Source: an uncultured Clostridia bacterium (GTDB taxonomy: Bacteria; Bacillota; Clostridia; TANB77; CAG-508). Taken from it: 64,000 nt of DNA. Shown here piece by piece: positions 9,764 through 20,151 of this stretch. The notes beneath the pieces are model-generated. The model saw only the letters and a program-made list of their open reading frames with translations, was not told the origin of the DNA and ran no database searches. The position numbers were made by a program, and so were the translations under genes. The stretch's first letter is position 1. Each line of letters starts with the position of its first letter. The stretch spans positions 3,370 to 67,369 of the forward strand of contig CAPPGO010000011.1 of assembly GCA_948678575.1 (NCBI GenBank). The letters run 5' to 3'.

Positions 9764-10888
9764 ATGAAACAATATATTAGTGAATTACAAACCATGTTTG
9801 GAACTTGGGAAGAAGATTTTAAAACTACAATTGAAAAAAATAATCCTAACCTTGAAGAAGATTTTAATGACATATTACAAGCTCTACCTCCTGAAATTAT
9901 CACAGAATATTTAAGTTGGATAATAGATATTGGAAATACACCATTAATCTCAGACAATATAGATACTATAATGCGTTGTGCCTCAGAATATACTGGTTAT
10001 CAAAAGGTTTGGATTGTAAAAACAATAAATTTACTAAAAAACATTCAAGATCCTAATATAGACAATAGTATTGCAAACAATTTAATTCCTATTATAAAGG
10101 GTCCATATACTCGTGGAAATCCTTGGGTTATAATAAATTTCTATAATAACTGTAAAGATATTGGAAATTCCAGAGATATAATAGAAGAAAATTATGGTGA
10201 AATATTAAATACTATTTTTTCTCATAACGAATATTTATCTAACAATCCAGCTGTATTGGATAGAATAAAAGATTTAATATACAAAATAGCAGAACAAGAA
10301 AATGTTACACTAAGTGATATTGAAGATGCTGGAAGTGGACAATATAGTGATTGTATGAAAATTGGTACAACAATTTTGAAATTTGGAAAAAATAGAATAT
10401 TAGAAGATTTACCAGTTCATAGAAGAATTTTACAACCTAAATTAAGAATTAATATCCCACAAAACTATAATGAACAAATAGATCAAGGTACATTAAAGCC
10501 TGATGATTTAATAGCAATAGAATGTCAAGATGAAGTTGATACTAAATGGGATGAAAATATGCCTGATAATCAAAAAAATGAATTTTTATATAGTATTTAC
10601 AAAGATTTAAGAAATTCTGGGTTTATTTGGACTGATATTAAGCCAGAAAATGTTGGTCGTTTATTAAAACCTAATATTATAAATTATACTGTTACAGATT
10701 CAAACGGAGAAGCAGTTCAAGCCCAAACTTCTTTACCAGTTGGAGAATTTGTTATTTTCGATACTGATAGAATTTATGAAAAAGACAAATTGCCTGAATT
10801 TAAGAATGTGGGATTACTACACTCTCCATCATACGAGCAATTTGAAGAACGATATAATAACGAACAAAAAGAATTAGCTTCAAGATAA
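9764..10888 (+). CDS. Hypothetical protein with C-terminal protein-kinase-like domain
   Basis: Catalytic-loop-like WTDIKPENVGRLL and a DFG-like FVIFDTDRIY. The N-terminal half is helical with no recognisable motif. Confidence 0.45.
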   Translation: MKQYISELQTMFGTWEEDFKTTIEKNNPNLEEDFNDILQALPPEIITEYLSWIIDIGNTPLISDNIDTIMRCASEYTGYQKVWIVKTINLLKNIQDPNIDNSIANNLIPIIKGPYTRGNPWVIINFYNNCKDIGNSRDIIEENYGEILNTIFSHNEYLSNNPAVLDRIKDLIYKIAEQENVTLSDIEDAGSGQYSDCMKIGTTILKFGKNRILEDLPVHRRILQPKLRINIPQNYNEQIDQGTLKPDDLIAIECQDEVDTKWDENMPDNQKNEFLYSIYKDLRNSGFIWTDIKPENVGRLLKPNIINYTVTDSNGEAVQAQTSLPVGEFVIFDTDRIYEKDKLPEFKNVGLLHSPSYEQFEERYNNEQKELASR

Positions 10889-10906
10889 TTTTAATAAAAA
10901 AGAAGT

Positions 10907-11440
10907 TCATGCTCGAACTTCTTTTTTGGGTTTTATTTTCTTCAAATCAAATCTATAAATTGCTATTAATACTGTACTAATTTCAATCATCGTTGCTATA
11001 CAAGATGTAAATGCTAAAACTTTTACATTGTATATCATAAGCAATGCACAAGCAATAGCTTCTCCTATTCTCATAAATGTTAAATCTCCATACCACATAG
11101 CTACACTAAATAATATAATACCAAACATTACTAATAAACTTACTATGTCAGTATATGTAATTAATGAAAATCCTACAATATGTGCTAAAACTACTATTAA
11201 CCATATAATAGATGCTCTGCCATTTTCATTTTTTCCAAAAATATAATTTCTAAAAACACAAGTTAAGTTTAATAAACACCCTGTATATGCTCCCAAAAAT
11301 GCATATTGAACAGCATATAATAAACTAGAAAACATTTGATATTTCATTAACATTTTTTTATTATTATTTTGAAGACTTAATACCAACATAAACAAAGCAC
11401 ATAATCCAATAAGTTGTACTAATATAAACTTTACTGTCAT
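10907..11440 (-). CDS. YgjV-family inner membrane protein
   Basis: 177 aa, polytopic. The N-terminal LVQLIGLCALFMLVLSLQ..KK..LKYQMFSSLLYAVQYAFLGAYTG pattern is typical of YgjV. Confidence 0.55.
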   Translation of the reverse strand: MTVKFILVQLIGLCALFMLVLSLQNNNKKMLMKYQMFSSLLYAVQYAFLGAYTGCLLNLTCVFRNYIFGKNENGRASIIWLIVVLAHIVGFSLITYTDIVSLLVMFGIILFSVAMWYGDLTFMRIGEAIACALLMIYNVKVLAFTSCIATMIEISTVLIAIYRFDLKKIKPKKEVRA

Positions 11441-11455
11441 ACCAATTTCCTTCTA

Positions 11456-14065
11456 CTATTTCATTTTTTCTTTCATTTTCACAAGAACATTTAATGCATC
11501 TATTGGTGTTAATTCGTTAACATTCACCTTATCTAGTTCACTTGCTATATCGGCAAGCTTTATATTAAAGAAATCAAACTGTCCTTCTACTTGCTTTTTA
11601 TCTTCTTTTTCTTCCTTAACTTTTACACCAGATTTCTCTAATGATCTTAAAATTTTATTTGCTCTTGTTACAACATTGTTTGGAACTCCTGCAAGTTTTG
11701 CTACATGAATACCATAGCTTTCATCAGTTCCACCTTCAACAATTTTTCTAAGGAAAATTATATCTTCTCCCTTTTCTTTTACTGCAATAGAATAATTCTT
11801 TATTCCTTCTATTTTTTCTTCTAATGCAATAAGTTCATGATAATGCGTTGCAAATAAAGTTTTGCAACCTATTTTTTCTTTATCTGCAATATATTCTGCT
11901 ACTGCCCAAGCAATAGACAATCCGTCATAAGTAGATGTACCTCTACCAATTTCGTCTAATATTACTAAACTTTTTGCAGTAGCATTTTTCAAAATATTTG
12001 CTACTTCTGCCATTTCTACCATAAAAGTACTTTGTCCCATGCTTAAATCATCAGATGCACCAACTCTTGTAAATATTTTGTCTACTATACCAATTTTAGC
12101 ACTATCTGCTGGAACAAAACTTCCTATCTGTGCCATTAAAGTAATAATAGCGACTTGTCTCATATATGTAGATTTACCAGCCATATTAGGACCTGTAATA
12201 ATTGCTACTCTATTACTTTGAGTATCTAAGTTTGTATCGTTTTGTACAAACTCTCCATTTCCCAACATTTTTTCTACAACTGGATGTCTACCATTTACAA
12301 TTTCAAGTGCTTCACTATTATTAATTTCTGGTCTTACATAATTGTTATCTTCTGCAACTGTTGCTAAACATGATAAAACATCTATTTTTGAAATAACACT
12401 ACTTGAAGTTTGCAATCTATTAATATTACTAGCAATAATATCTCTAATTTTTATAAATTCATTATATTCAAGTGCTATTGCTTTTTCTTCTGCTCCTAAG
12501 ATTTTAGTTTCCATCTCTTTTAATTCTTCTGTTATAAATCTTTCACAATTTGTCAAAGTTTGTTTTCTAATAAATCTATCTGGCACTTGCTTTAAAAATG
12601 ATTTTGTAACTTCTATATAATATCCAAAAACTTTTGTATATCCTACTTTTAAATTTTTAATACCTGTTGCTTCTCTTTCTTTTGCTTCAAGTTCTATTAT
12701 CCAGCCTTTTCCATTACTAGATGCACTTTTATATTCATCAATTTCACTATTATATCCTGATTTTATTATTCCACCTTCTTTAACACTAATTGGTGGTTCA
12801 TCTACAATTGCCTCTTCTATTAAATTTGCTATATCTTGAAGCTCATCTAATTTTTCATAACATTCTTTTAAACTATTTGTTTGTGCCTCTTTTAAAAGTT
12901 GTTTTAATTCTGGCAATTTTTGAAGTGAATTTTTTAATGATATTAAATCTCTTGCATTAGCATTTCCATAAGAAATTTTTCCAGACAATCTTTCTATGTC
13001 ATATACTTTCTTTAATATCTCTATTGTTTCACCTTTTAAGATTAAATTATTTTTAAATTCTTCTACTCCATCTAATCTTTTATTTATTTCATCTACTTCA
13101 AGTAAAGGATCATTTATCCAACGCCTTAAAAGCCTTCCCCCCATAGAAGTAGATGTTTTATCTAAGACCCAAATTAAAGTGCCTCTTTTACTTCTATCTG
13201 ACATACGTTCTGTAAGTTCAAGACTTCTTCTGGCATTTACATCTAATGCCATATATTTTTGAACTTCGTACAATTTAATTTTATTTATATGTTCTAATTT
13301 TACTTTTTGTGTTTCTGTAAAATAATTAAGCAAGCCATTTATTGCTGGAACTGCAAAAACATATTCTTTTAAGCTTTCTTTCTTTTCATCAGCATCATCT
13401 ACAACATTATACAGTTTTTGAAGCAAATTACTATCAGTACTAAACATATCCTCATTTCTAACTGTAACAAATGTATTCCATCTGTTCTTCATTATTTCTA
13501 ATTCCTCTTCACGAGAACCCATTTCAGTATTTACTACAATTTCAGATGGAGTATATCTTGCATACTCATCTAATAATTTCTCAAAATTATTTTCTGGAAG
13601 TTTTACTTGTGTTGAATAAAAATCTCCTGTACTAATATCACAAATAGCTAAACCATAGTACATACTTTTTTTAAAGATACTCATTATATAATTGTTTTTC
13701 TTTTCTTCTAGCATATTAGTTTCTATAACTGTTCCAGGTGTTACCACTCTAATTACATCTCTTTTAACTATACCTTTTGCTTGCTTTGGGTCTTCCAATT
13801 GCTCACAAATTGCAACCTTATATCCTTTTGCAATTAGTCTTGAAACATATATTTCGGCAGCATGAAAAGGAACACCACACATTGGTGCTCTCTCCTCCAT
13901 ACCACAGGCTCTACCTGTTAATGTTATTTCTAATTCCCTTGATGCAGTTATTGCATCATCAAAAAACATTTCATAAAAGTCTCCTAATCTATAAAACAAT
14001 ATGCAATCCTTGTATTGTTCTTTTGTTTGCATATAGTTCTGCATCATAGGTGAAAGTTCTGTCAT
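11456..14065 (-). CDS. mutS: DNA mismatch repair protein MutS
   Basis: N-terminal SPMMQNYMQTKEQY..FYRLGDFYEMF, Walker A GPNMAGKST, and DEIGRGTSTYDG. Confidence 0.97.
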   Translation of the reverse strand: MTELSPMMQNYMQTKEQYKDCILFYRLGDFYEMFFDDAITASRELEITLTGRACGMEERAPMCGVPFHAAEIYVSRLIAKGYKVAICEQLEDPKQAKGIVKRDVIRVVTPGTVIETNMLEEKKNNYIMSIFKKSMYYGLAICDISTGDFYSTQVKLPENNFEKLLDEYARYTPSEIVVNTEMGSREEELEIMKNRWNTFVTVRNEDMFSTDSNLLQKLYNVVDDADEKKESLKEYVFAVPAINGLLNYFTETQKVKLEHINKIKLYEVQKYMALDVNARRSLELTERMSDRSKRGTLIWVLDKTSTSMGGRLLRRWINDPLLEVDEINKRLDGVEEFKNNLILKGETIEILKKVYDIERLSGKISYGNANARDLISLKNSLQKLPELKQLLKEAQTNSLKECYEKLDELQDIANLIEEAIVDEPPISVKEGGIIKSGYNSEIDEYKSASSNGKGWIIELEAKEREATGIKNLKVGYTKVFGYYIEVTKSFLKQVPDRFIRKQTLTNCERFITEELKEMETKILGAEEKAIALEYNEFIKIRDIIASNINRLQTSSSVISKIDVLSCLATVAEDNNYVRPEINNSEALEIVNGRHPVVEKMLGNGEFVQNDTNLDTQSNRVAIITGPNMAGKSTYMRQVAIITLMAQIGSFVPADSAKIGIVDKIFTRVGASDDLSMGQSTFMVEMAEVANILKNATAKSLVILDEIGRGTSTYDGLSIAWAVAEYIADKEKIGCKTLFATHYHELIALEEKIEGIKNYSIAVKEKGEDIIFLRKIVEGGTDESYGIHVAKLAGVPNNVVTRANKILRSLEKSGVKVKEEKEDKKQVEGQFDFFNIKLADIASELDKVNVNELTPIDALNVLVKMKEKMK

Positions 14066-14533
14066 TTATTTACTCCTTTTATTACCATTTGAATTGTTAC
14101 TTTTATTACTATTTTTCTTTGGTACATTATTTACATTTTTATTATTGGCTTTTTTCTTAATTGGATTTTTGCCATTTTTATTATTTTTTTTTGTTGTTGG
14201 CTTTTTCTTTTTACCACCATTTTTATAATCCAAATATTTCTGCATTTTGTCTTCATTGCTTGACAAAGTTTTTAAAATCTTTTTATCCATTTCTTGTACT
14301 GTCATATCTAATTCTTTTGCTGCGTCTTCCATTTTCACATTGTCAAAAAGCATTTTATTTATAACAATAACTAAATCTAATTGTCTTAGATTATCCTCAT
14401 CGTCAGCTAAAACTTCTTGAATTCTATGAATTAAATCATCTCTTCTTAAACCAAATTGTTTTGCAGTTTTTCTTATTGATAATTCTGCATTTAATATTCT
14501 ATTTATGAAAATCATTTCATTTCTATTAGACAT
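14066..14533 (-). CDS. Hypothetical protein with Lys/Asn-rich basic tail
   Basis: ORF tightly packed between miaB and mutS. N-terminal helical part, C-terminal about 55 aa of K/N-rich low complexity. Confidence 0.5.
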   Translation of the reverse strand: MSNRNEMIFINRILNAELSIRKTAKQFGLRRDDLIHRIQEVLADDEDNLRQLDLVIVINKMLFDNVKMEDAAKELDMTVQEMDKKILKTLSSNEDKMQKYLDYKNGGKKKKPTTKKNNKNGKNPIKKKANNKNVNNVPKKNSNKSNNSNGNKRSK

Positions 14534-14548
14534 TTTATAACCCCTTAA

Positions 14549-15943
14549 TTAGTGTATAATTTTCCCTTTTAAATACCATTTGTGTGCTTCAATAATTTCA
14601 ACAGTAACCATATCACCGATTTTCTCATTAGTTTCTGGTTCAAATATTACTACTTTATTTGTATCAGTTCTACCAGTTAACATCTTATCGTTATTCTTAC
14701 TTAAACCTTCTATTAAAATTTTTTGCTGTGTGTGTAAATATTTATCATTATTCTCATCTACCTTAGATTCATATAGTTCTTTTAATTTATCAAATCTTTT
14801 ATGTTTGATTTCTTCTGGAATTTGTTCTAACTTAGCTGCTGGTGTACCTTCTCTTGGTGAATATATAAACATAAATATTTGTTCAAAATTTACTTTCCTT
14901 ACTACATCTAATGTATCTTCAAATTCTTCATCCGTTTCCCCTGGAAATCCAACTATAATATCCGTTGAAAATACAATATTCGGTATTTTATCTTTCATTT
15001 TTCGAACTAATTCTAAATATTGTTCTTTATTATATACTCGGTTCATTTCTTTTAAAACCTTAGAGTTTCCTGATTGAAGTGGCAAATGTATTATTTTGGC
15101 TATTTTATCATTCTTTGCTATTGATTCAATGACATCGTCAGTGAAGTTCTTTGGATGTGGAGAAATAAATCTTACTCTCTCTATCCCATCTATTTTACAT
15201 ACTGCATCTAACAGTTTTGCAAAAGAATTAATTTCTCCTGCACTTTCTAAATCTGCTCCTTGATGTGCCATATATGAATTAACATTTTGTCCTAATAAAG
15301 TTATTTCTTTATATCCATCATTTGCTAAATCTTGGACTTCTTTTAATATATTCTGTGGATTTCTGCTTCTTTCCCTACCTCTCACATAAGGAACTATACA
15401 ATATGTACAAAAATTATTACATCCATACATTATAGTAACCGAAGCTCTAAATTTATCGTTTCTCCTTATTGGTATATCTTCGTGAATTTCTCCATCGACA
15501 TCTATAACATCTTTTACTTTTTCATGTTCTATTAGTGCCTTATATATATCCTCTGGAAGATTTTGCATTGTATGTGTTCCAAAAATTACATCTACAAAAG
15601 GATAACTTTTTCTGATTTTTGAAACCATGTTTTTCTCTTGCATCATACATCCACCAATAGCTACAATTAAATCTTTATGCTCTTTTATTTTTTTTATTTC
15701 TCCAATTTTACCGAATAGTCTTTCCTCTGCATTTTCTCTAACACAACAAGTATTAAAAATGACAATATCTGCATCTTCAAATTTTTGTGTTTCAGTATAT
15801 CCCATTTCGGTTAACATTCCAGAGATTTTTTCTGAATCATTTTCATTTAATTGGCATCCCATTGTTAATATATAATACTGCAAATTTCTACCATCTATCT
15901 TGGCTTTCACCATTTTTATAAATTCTTCTTGTTTTTCTTTCAC
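14549..15943 (-). CDS. miaB: tRNA-2-methylthio-N6-dimethylallyladenosine synthase MiaB
   Basis: UPF0004 N-terminal domain (TMGCQLNENDSE), radical-SAM CNNFCTYCIVP, and a C-terminal TRAM domain. GTG start preceded by AGGAGG. Confidence 0.92.
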   Translation of the reverse strand: MKEKQEEFIKMVKAKIDGRNLQYYILTMGCQLNENDSEKISGMLTEMGYTETQKFEDADIVIFNTCCVRENAEERLFGKIGEIKKIKEHKDLIVAIGGCMMQEKNMVSKIRKSYPFVDVIFGTHTMQNLPEDIYKALIEHEKVKDVIDVDGEIHEDIPIRRNDKFRASVTIMYGCNNFCTYCIVPYVRGRERSRNPQNILKEVQDLANDGYKEITLLGQNVNSYMAHQGADLESAGEINSFAKLLDAVCKIDGIERVRFISPHPKNFTDDVIESIAKNDKIAKIIHLPLQSGNSKVLKEMNRVYNKEQYLELVRKMKDKIPNIVFSTDIIVGFPGETDEEFEDTLDVVRKVNFEQIFMFIYSPREGTPAAKLEQIPEEIKHKRFDKLKELYESKVDENNDKYLHTQQKILIEGLSKNNDKMLTGRTDTNKVVIFEPETNEKIGDMVTVEIIEAHKWYLKGKIIH

Positions 15944-16062
15944 GAAAATATCCTCCTAGCCGTTAATATTTTATACTATTTTACAATCTTTTTCAAGATT
16001 TAGATTGTATTTAATTAATATTTCTTATATAATATTTTTAGAAAATTTATAAGGGGATTTTT

Positions 16063-16563
16063 ATGAACTATTATCAAATTTTAAAAGTCTCAGAAAACGC
16101 TTCACAACAAGAAATTAGAGACTCTTACAAAAAATTAATAAAACAATATCATCCTGATATTTACAAAGGTGATTATGAATATGCAGAAAAAATTACAAAA
16201 GAATTAAATGATGCTTATGCAATTTTATCAAATGAGGAAAATAGAAAAGAATATGATGCACTTCTACACCCATTAACTGAATACAATTATAATTCTTCAT
16301 ATCAACAACAAAATATAGAATATGATGAACCATTAAAACCTTCTATTGAAGATATAATGAAAGAAAAAATCTATAACATAGTAGATGAAAAAACCAGTAA
16401 AATGAATCGAAAATCAAAAACACTTCTAGTCATATTAGTAATACTATTTGCCTTACTTCTTACAGCTCTTGCAATTAATGATTATATAAAAATTATAAAA
16501 ATCTCAACTGAATCTGAAAATATGCACAATAACACGGTTGTTGAAAATATAATAAATAACTAA
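16063..16563 (+). CDS. J-domain (DnaJ-like) membrane protein
   Basis: NYYQILKVSENASQQEIRDSYKKLIKQYHPD (HPD motif) plus the C-terminal TM helix LLVILVILFALLLTALAI. Confidence 0.75.
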   Translation: MNYYQILKVSENASQQEIRDSYKKLIKQYHPDIYKGDYEYAEKITKELNDAYAILSNEENRKEYDALLHPLTEYNYNSSYQQQNIEYDEPLKPSIEDIMKEKIYNIVDEKTSKMNRKSKTLLVILVILFALLLTALAINDYIKIIKISTESENMHNNTVVENIINN

Positions 16564-16592
16564 AAAAGTATCCATTAAAGGATACTTTTTTT
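16562..16592. terminator. Bidirectional terminator
   Basis: Stem agtatcc/ggatact with A-run and T-run flanks, between convergent genes. Confidence 0.6.
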
Positions 16593-16594
16593 GA

Positions 16595-17848
16595 TTATTC
16601 GCTTCTTAAAGCATCAATTGGATTTAATTTAGATGCCTTCATAGCAGGAATTATTCCGAAAATTATTCCTATTACTGTCGAAAAGACAACTGCTATTATT
16701 GTAGCAACTGGACTAATAGCAACTGGCGTCATTGCAATTTTTGAAATAACATTTGCCATAACAATTCCAACTATTACTCCTACTATTCCACCTATACTAG
16801 TTAATACTGATGCTTCTGTTAAAAATTGTAACAATATTCTTTTTCTTCTTGCACCAAGTGCCTTTTTTAATCCAATCTCTTTTGTTCTTTCTGTTACAGA
16901 TACAAGCATTATATTCATTACACCAATTCCACCTACAATTAATGAAATACTTGCAATAAGCAACAATTGATTATTTGTAGATGAACTTAAATCTTGAATT
17001 TGTTTTGCTTGTTTTAATAAATCATCATTTTTATAAGCTATCTCTTCTTCTCCATTTGTAGTAATTCTAGAATTCAAATAATCTGCTGTCTTTTTTCCAG
17101 CTTTTGTCATATCATCAGTAGAATTACATTCTACAACAATGTTTTGAGGTTCGTCAAATCTACATATTATTGACCAACACTTATCTGGTACAAAAATTTG
17201 TCCCATACTTTGTCCTGCATAAGTCATATAGTCTTGAAAAGAGTTTATAACTGGTTTAAATTTTATTTTCTTTTCACTAACTCCTATAACTGTAAATGGT
17301 TCACCAAATATTTCTACAACTTTACCAACTGGATTTACACCTTGAAACAAAGTTTCAGCAGTTTCTTTATCGATTATTGCAACTTTTCTAAATTGTGTAA
17401 AATCTTCTTCTTGAAAAGTTCTTCCCATTTCTACATAAAAATTATTAACCTCAAAATAGTTTTCATCTATTCCATATAGAGAACCTGAAAAAGATTTATT
17501 TTTATAAAAAACATTTTCAGAATATTCTCTTCTCATGTATGTACAAGCTTTGCTTACTCCATCTATTTTTTCTATTTCTTCTAAATCTTGCTTTTTAATT
17601 ATAGGAACTCCATCTGGAACTGGATTCCATAAGAAATTCATTTTTCCTTCACCTTGATATAATTCTATATTAACTGCATCTGTTCCAGAACCTATTAAAT
17701 TTTGTTTGATTTGCTCATTTGTTCCTTTAATAGTAGAAACAATAGTTATAATTGCTGCAATACCTATAATTATACCTAACATTGTTAGTAAAGAACGAAG
17801 TTTGTGACTAAATATTCCTTGCAAAGCTAAAAATATGTTTTCAAACAT
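16595..17848 (-). CDS. ABC transporter permease, MacB/FtsX family
   Basis: N-terminal TM, large extracytoplasmic MacB_PCD-like domain, and a C-terminal FtsX 3-TM bundle ending [17 protein letters not shown]. Confidence 0.88.
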   Translation of the reverse strand: MFENIFLALQGIFSHKLRSLLTMLGIIIGIAAIITIVSTIKGTNEQIKQNLIGSGTDAVNIELYQGEGKMNFLWNPVPDGVPIIKKQDLEEIEKIDGVSKACTYMRREYSENVFYKNKSFSGSLYGIDENYFEVNNFYVEMGRTFQEEDFTQFRKVAIIDKETAETLFQGVNPVGKVVEIFGEPFTVIGVSEKKIKFKPVINSFQDYMTYAGQSMGQIFVPDKCWSIICRFDEPQNIVVECNSTDDMTKAGKKTADYLNSRITTNGEEEIAYKNDDLLKQAKQIQDLSSSTNNQLLLIASISLIVGGIGVMNIMLVSVTERTKEIGLKKALGARRKRILLQFLTEASVLTSIGGIVGVIVGIVMANVISKIAMTPVAISPVATIIAVVFSTVIGIIFGIIPAMKASKLNPIDALRSE

Positions 17849-17881
17849 TTTCTATTTTCCTTTCTTATAATAATGTTGCTT

Positions 17882-19480
17882 TTAATAATATAAATCATCC
17901 ATAGAGCCTTCAACTGTATTAGCCCCCTCTTTTACCTCTTTACCATAAGGAAAAGCAATCCTATCATCAGTTGTTAGTCCACTTTTTATTTTAAGATTAT
18001 CATAAGCTCCACCATCTATAAAAATTTGTCTTTTTTCTAATTTGTTATCTTGATTAGCTACATATACAAAATACTTTCCATTTTCTTCTAATACAAAAGC
18101 TTTCATTACATATAGTCCTGAACTTCCTGTATTTTCAACTTGCGGTGTAAGTGCAACATATTCATCGGCCTTAAAAGTTGCTTCTTCACTAACAAAAACA
18201 GTATATGGATAATATGAAACATTACTATTTCCCATCCCAAAATTTCGATAATTTGAAAGTGGTATATTAGATACTTCTTTAACAACACCTTCTGCCATAC
18301 TACCAGAATTGTACGACATAACTGATACTTTTTGACCTACTTTTATTTGATCTAAACTAAGTTCTCCAATATAACCAGTAATGTAATATCCTCCACCACC
18401 AGAAATAACAATAACTGGTTTTGTCTTAATTTCAGAATCAGTTAAACTCAAAACACTTTTTACAACCCCATCAACTTTACTATAAACAGTTACGTCCTTT
18501 ATTTCACTCTCTAAAATTTTATATTCTGATTTAGCTACTTTAATATTTAAAATTAATTCACTAATTTCTTTCTCTTTTTCTAATGTCATCTTTCGTAATT
18601 CTTCTGCTGTATAAGAAGCTTCCATTTCTTCAAAATTATTGGGAATTGTTGGAACTTCTATAACATTATTTTCTGATTTATGCTCAACTATTGGATCATC
18701 TTCTTCTGTATAATTTTTTACAATTGAAAAACTATATTCATCTGCTTTTTTTGTAAATTTTATTTTTGAAGCACTTTTAAAATTTCCATATATTTCATTA
18801 TTATCTCTTACCATAAAAATAGCATAAACTTCTGTTTTTCCAGCTCCTGCTCTTAAAAGTAATTGTTCGATAAAAGATTTTTCATATTCTTTACCTTCTG
18901 ACCACAAAAATATATATGGAAGTTCAGTAGTTCCACTTCCTGTAAGTGGAGCTGGTACCATTTCTTTATTTTTAGGAACTTCTGGAAGTGGAGCCGAAAA
19001 AGTTATATAATTTTCAACTGATTCTTCTGGAATTTCTGGTTGTATAGGTTCTTGAACTGGTGCATTTGGTTGATAATTTCGTATTTTTTCTAATTCTTTT
19101 TTTGCATTATCCAATTGCAATTCCATTTTCTTTATATCTATTTGTTTTCTTTCCAATTCTAATGAAGTTAAAGTTGTACTATATTTTATTAATGGTGTAC
19201 CTTTTTTTACTTGTTCTCCTTCTTTTACAAGTATTTTTTCAACTTCTTGTGTACTACTCAAATATACAGATTGAGTTTTATCTTCTTTTACTAAGCCTTC
19301 TGTTTGATTACTATCTTGCCAAAAATCTGTCATGCCAATATCATTCATTGAAAATACTGGTACTTCTTTTACATTATTTTTTTTATACAAATAAATTCCT
19401 AAAACTGTTGCTACAACTATAACAAGAATAATTATGAAAGGTATCATTACTTTTTTTTGAAATAATTTTATTTTTTTCAT
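17882..19480 (-). CDS. Efflux periplasmic-adaptor (HlyD/MFP)-like protein
   Basis: N-terminal TM, biotinyl-lipoyl-like KEGEQVKKGTPLIKY, coiled-coil segment, and beta-barrel C-terminus. Sits in the operon with the ABC ATPase and permease. Confidence 0.7.
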   Translation of the reverse strand: MKKIKLFQKKVMIPFIIILVIVVATVLGIYLYKKNNVKEVPVFSMNDIGMTDFWQDSNQTEGLVKEDKTQSVYLSSTQEVEKILVKEGEQVKKGTPLIKYSTTLTSLELERKQIDIKKMELQLDNAKKELEKIRNYQPNAPVQEPIQPEIPEESVENYITFSAPLPEVPKNKEMVPAPLTGSGTTELPYIFLWSEGKEYEKSFIEQLLLRAGAGKTEVYAIFMVRDNNEIYGNFKSASKIKFTKKADEYSFSIVKNYTEEDDPIVEHKSENNVIEVPTIPNNFEEMEASYTAEELRKMTLEKEKEISELILNIKVAKSEYKILESEIKDVTVYSKVDGVVKSVLSLTDSEIKTKPVIVISGGGGYYITGYIGELSLDQIKVGQKVSVMSYNSGSMAEGVVKEVSNIPLSNYRNFGMGNSNVSYYPYTVFVSEEATFKADEYVALTPQVENTGSSGLYVMKAFVLEENGKYFVYVANQDNKLEKRQIFIDGGAYDNLKIKSGLTTDDRIAFPYGKEVKEGANTVEGSMDDLYY

Positions 19481-20151
19481 TTTAACTCCTCTTGAAGATT
19501 TCCATCACGAATATGATAAATTTTTTTCGCACATTCAGCTATTTTAGGTTCATGTGTTATCATAATTATTGTAGCACCTTCATCATTTAATTTTTTAAAT
19601 AATTCCATTATTTGTTCACCAGCTTTGGTATCTAATGCACCAGTAGGCTCATCTGCTAATAATAAAAGTGGATTTCCTACCATTGCTCTTGCAATCGCTA
19701 CTCTTTGACATTGACCACCTGATAATTGATTTGGTAAAAATTTCTTTCTGTCACCTAGACCAACTTTTTCCAATGCTTCTCCTGCAATTGCCATCCTTTT
19801 GGCTTTACTAACATCTCTATATAACAATGGTAAAGCAACATTTTCTATTGCTGTTAATTTAGGTAACAAATGAAATTGCTGAAAAACAAATCCTATTTTT
19901 TGATTTCTTATATCTGACATTCTATTATCTGTTGCCTTAGAAACATCTTCACCATCCAATAAATATTTTCCTGTTGTCGCTACATCTAAACATCCTATAA
20001 TATTCATTAAGGTTGTTTTTCCTGAACCGGAAGGTCCCATTATAGCAATATAATCTCCCTTATCTACTCTTAAAGAAACATTATTTAAAACATTTACTGG
20101 TATGCTTTCCTGATTATATATCTTATTTATATTTTCTAAATCTACTATCAT
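19477..20151 (-). CDS. ABC transporter ATP-binding protein (MacB/LolD-type)
   Basis: Walker A GPSGSGKTT, signature LSGGQCQRVAIARA, Walker B LLLADEPTGALD. Confidence 0.95.
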   Translation of the reverse strand: MIVDLENINKIYNQESIPVNVLNNVSLRVDKGDYIAIMGPSGSGKTTLMNIIGCLDVATTGKYLLDGEDVSKATDNRMSDIRNQKIGFVFQQFHLLPKLTAIENVALPLLYRDVSKAKRMAIAGEALEKVGLGDRKKFLPNQLSGGQCQRVAIARAMVGNPLLLLADEPTGALDTKAGEQIMELFKKLNDEGATIIMITHEPKIAECAKKIYHIRDGNLQEELK

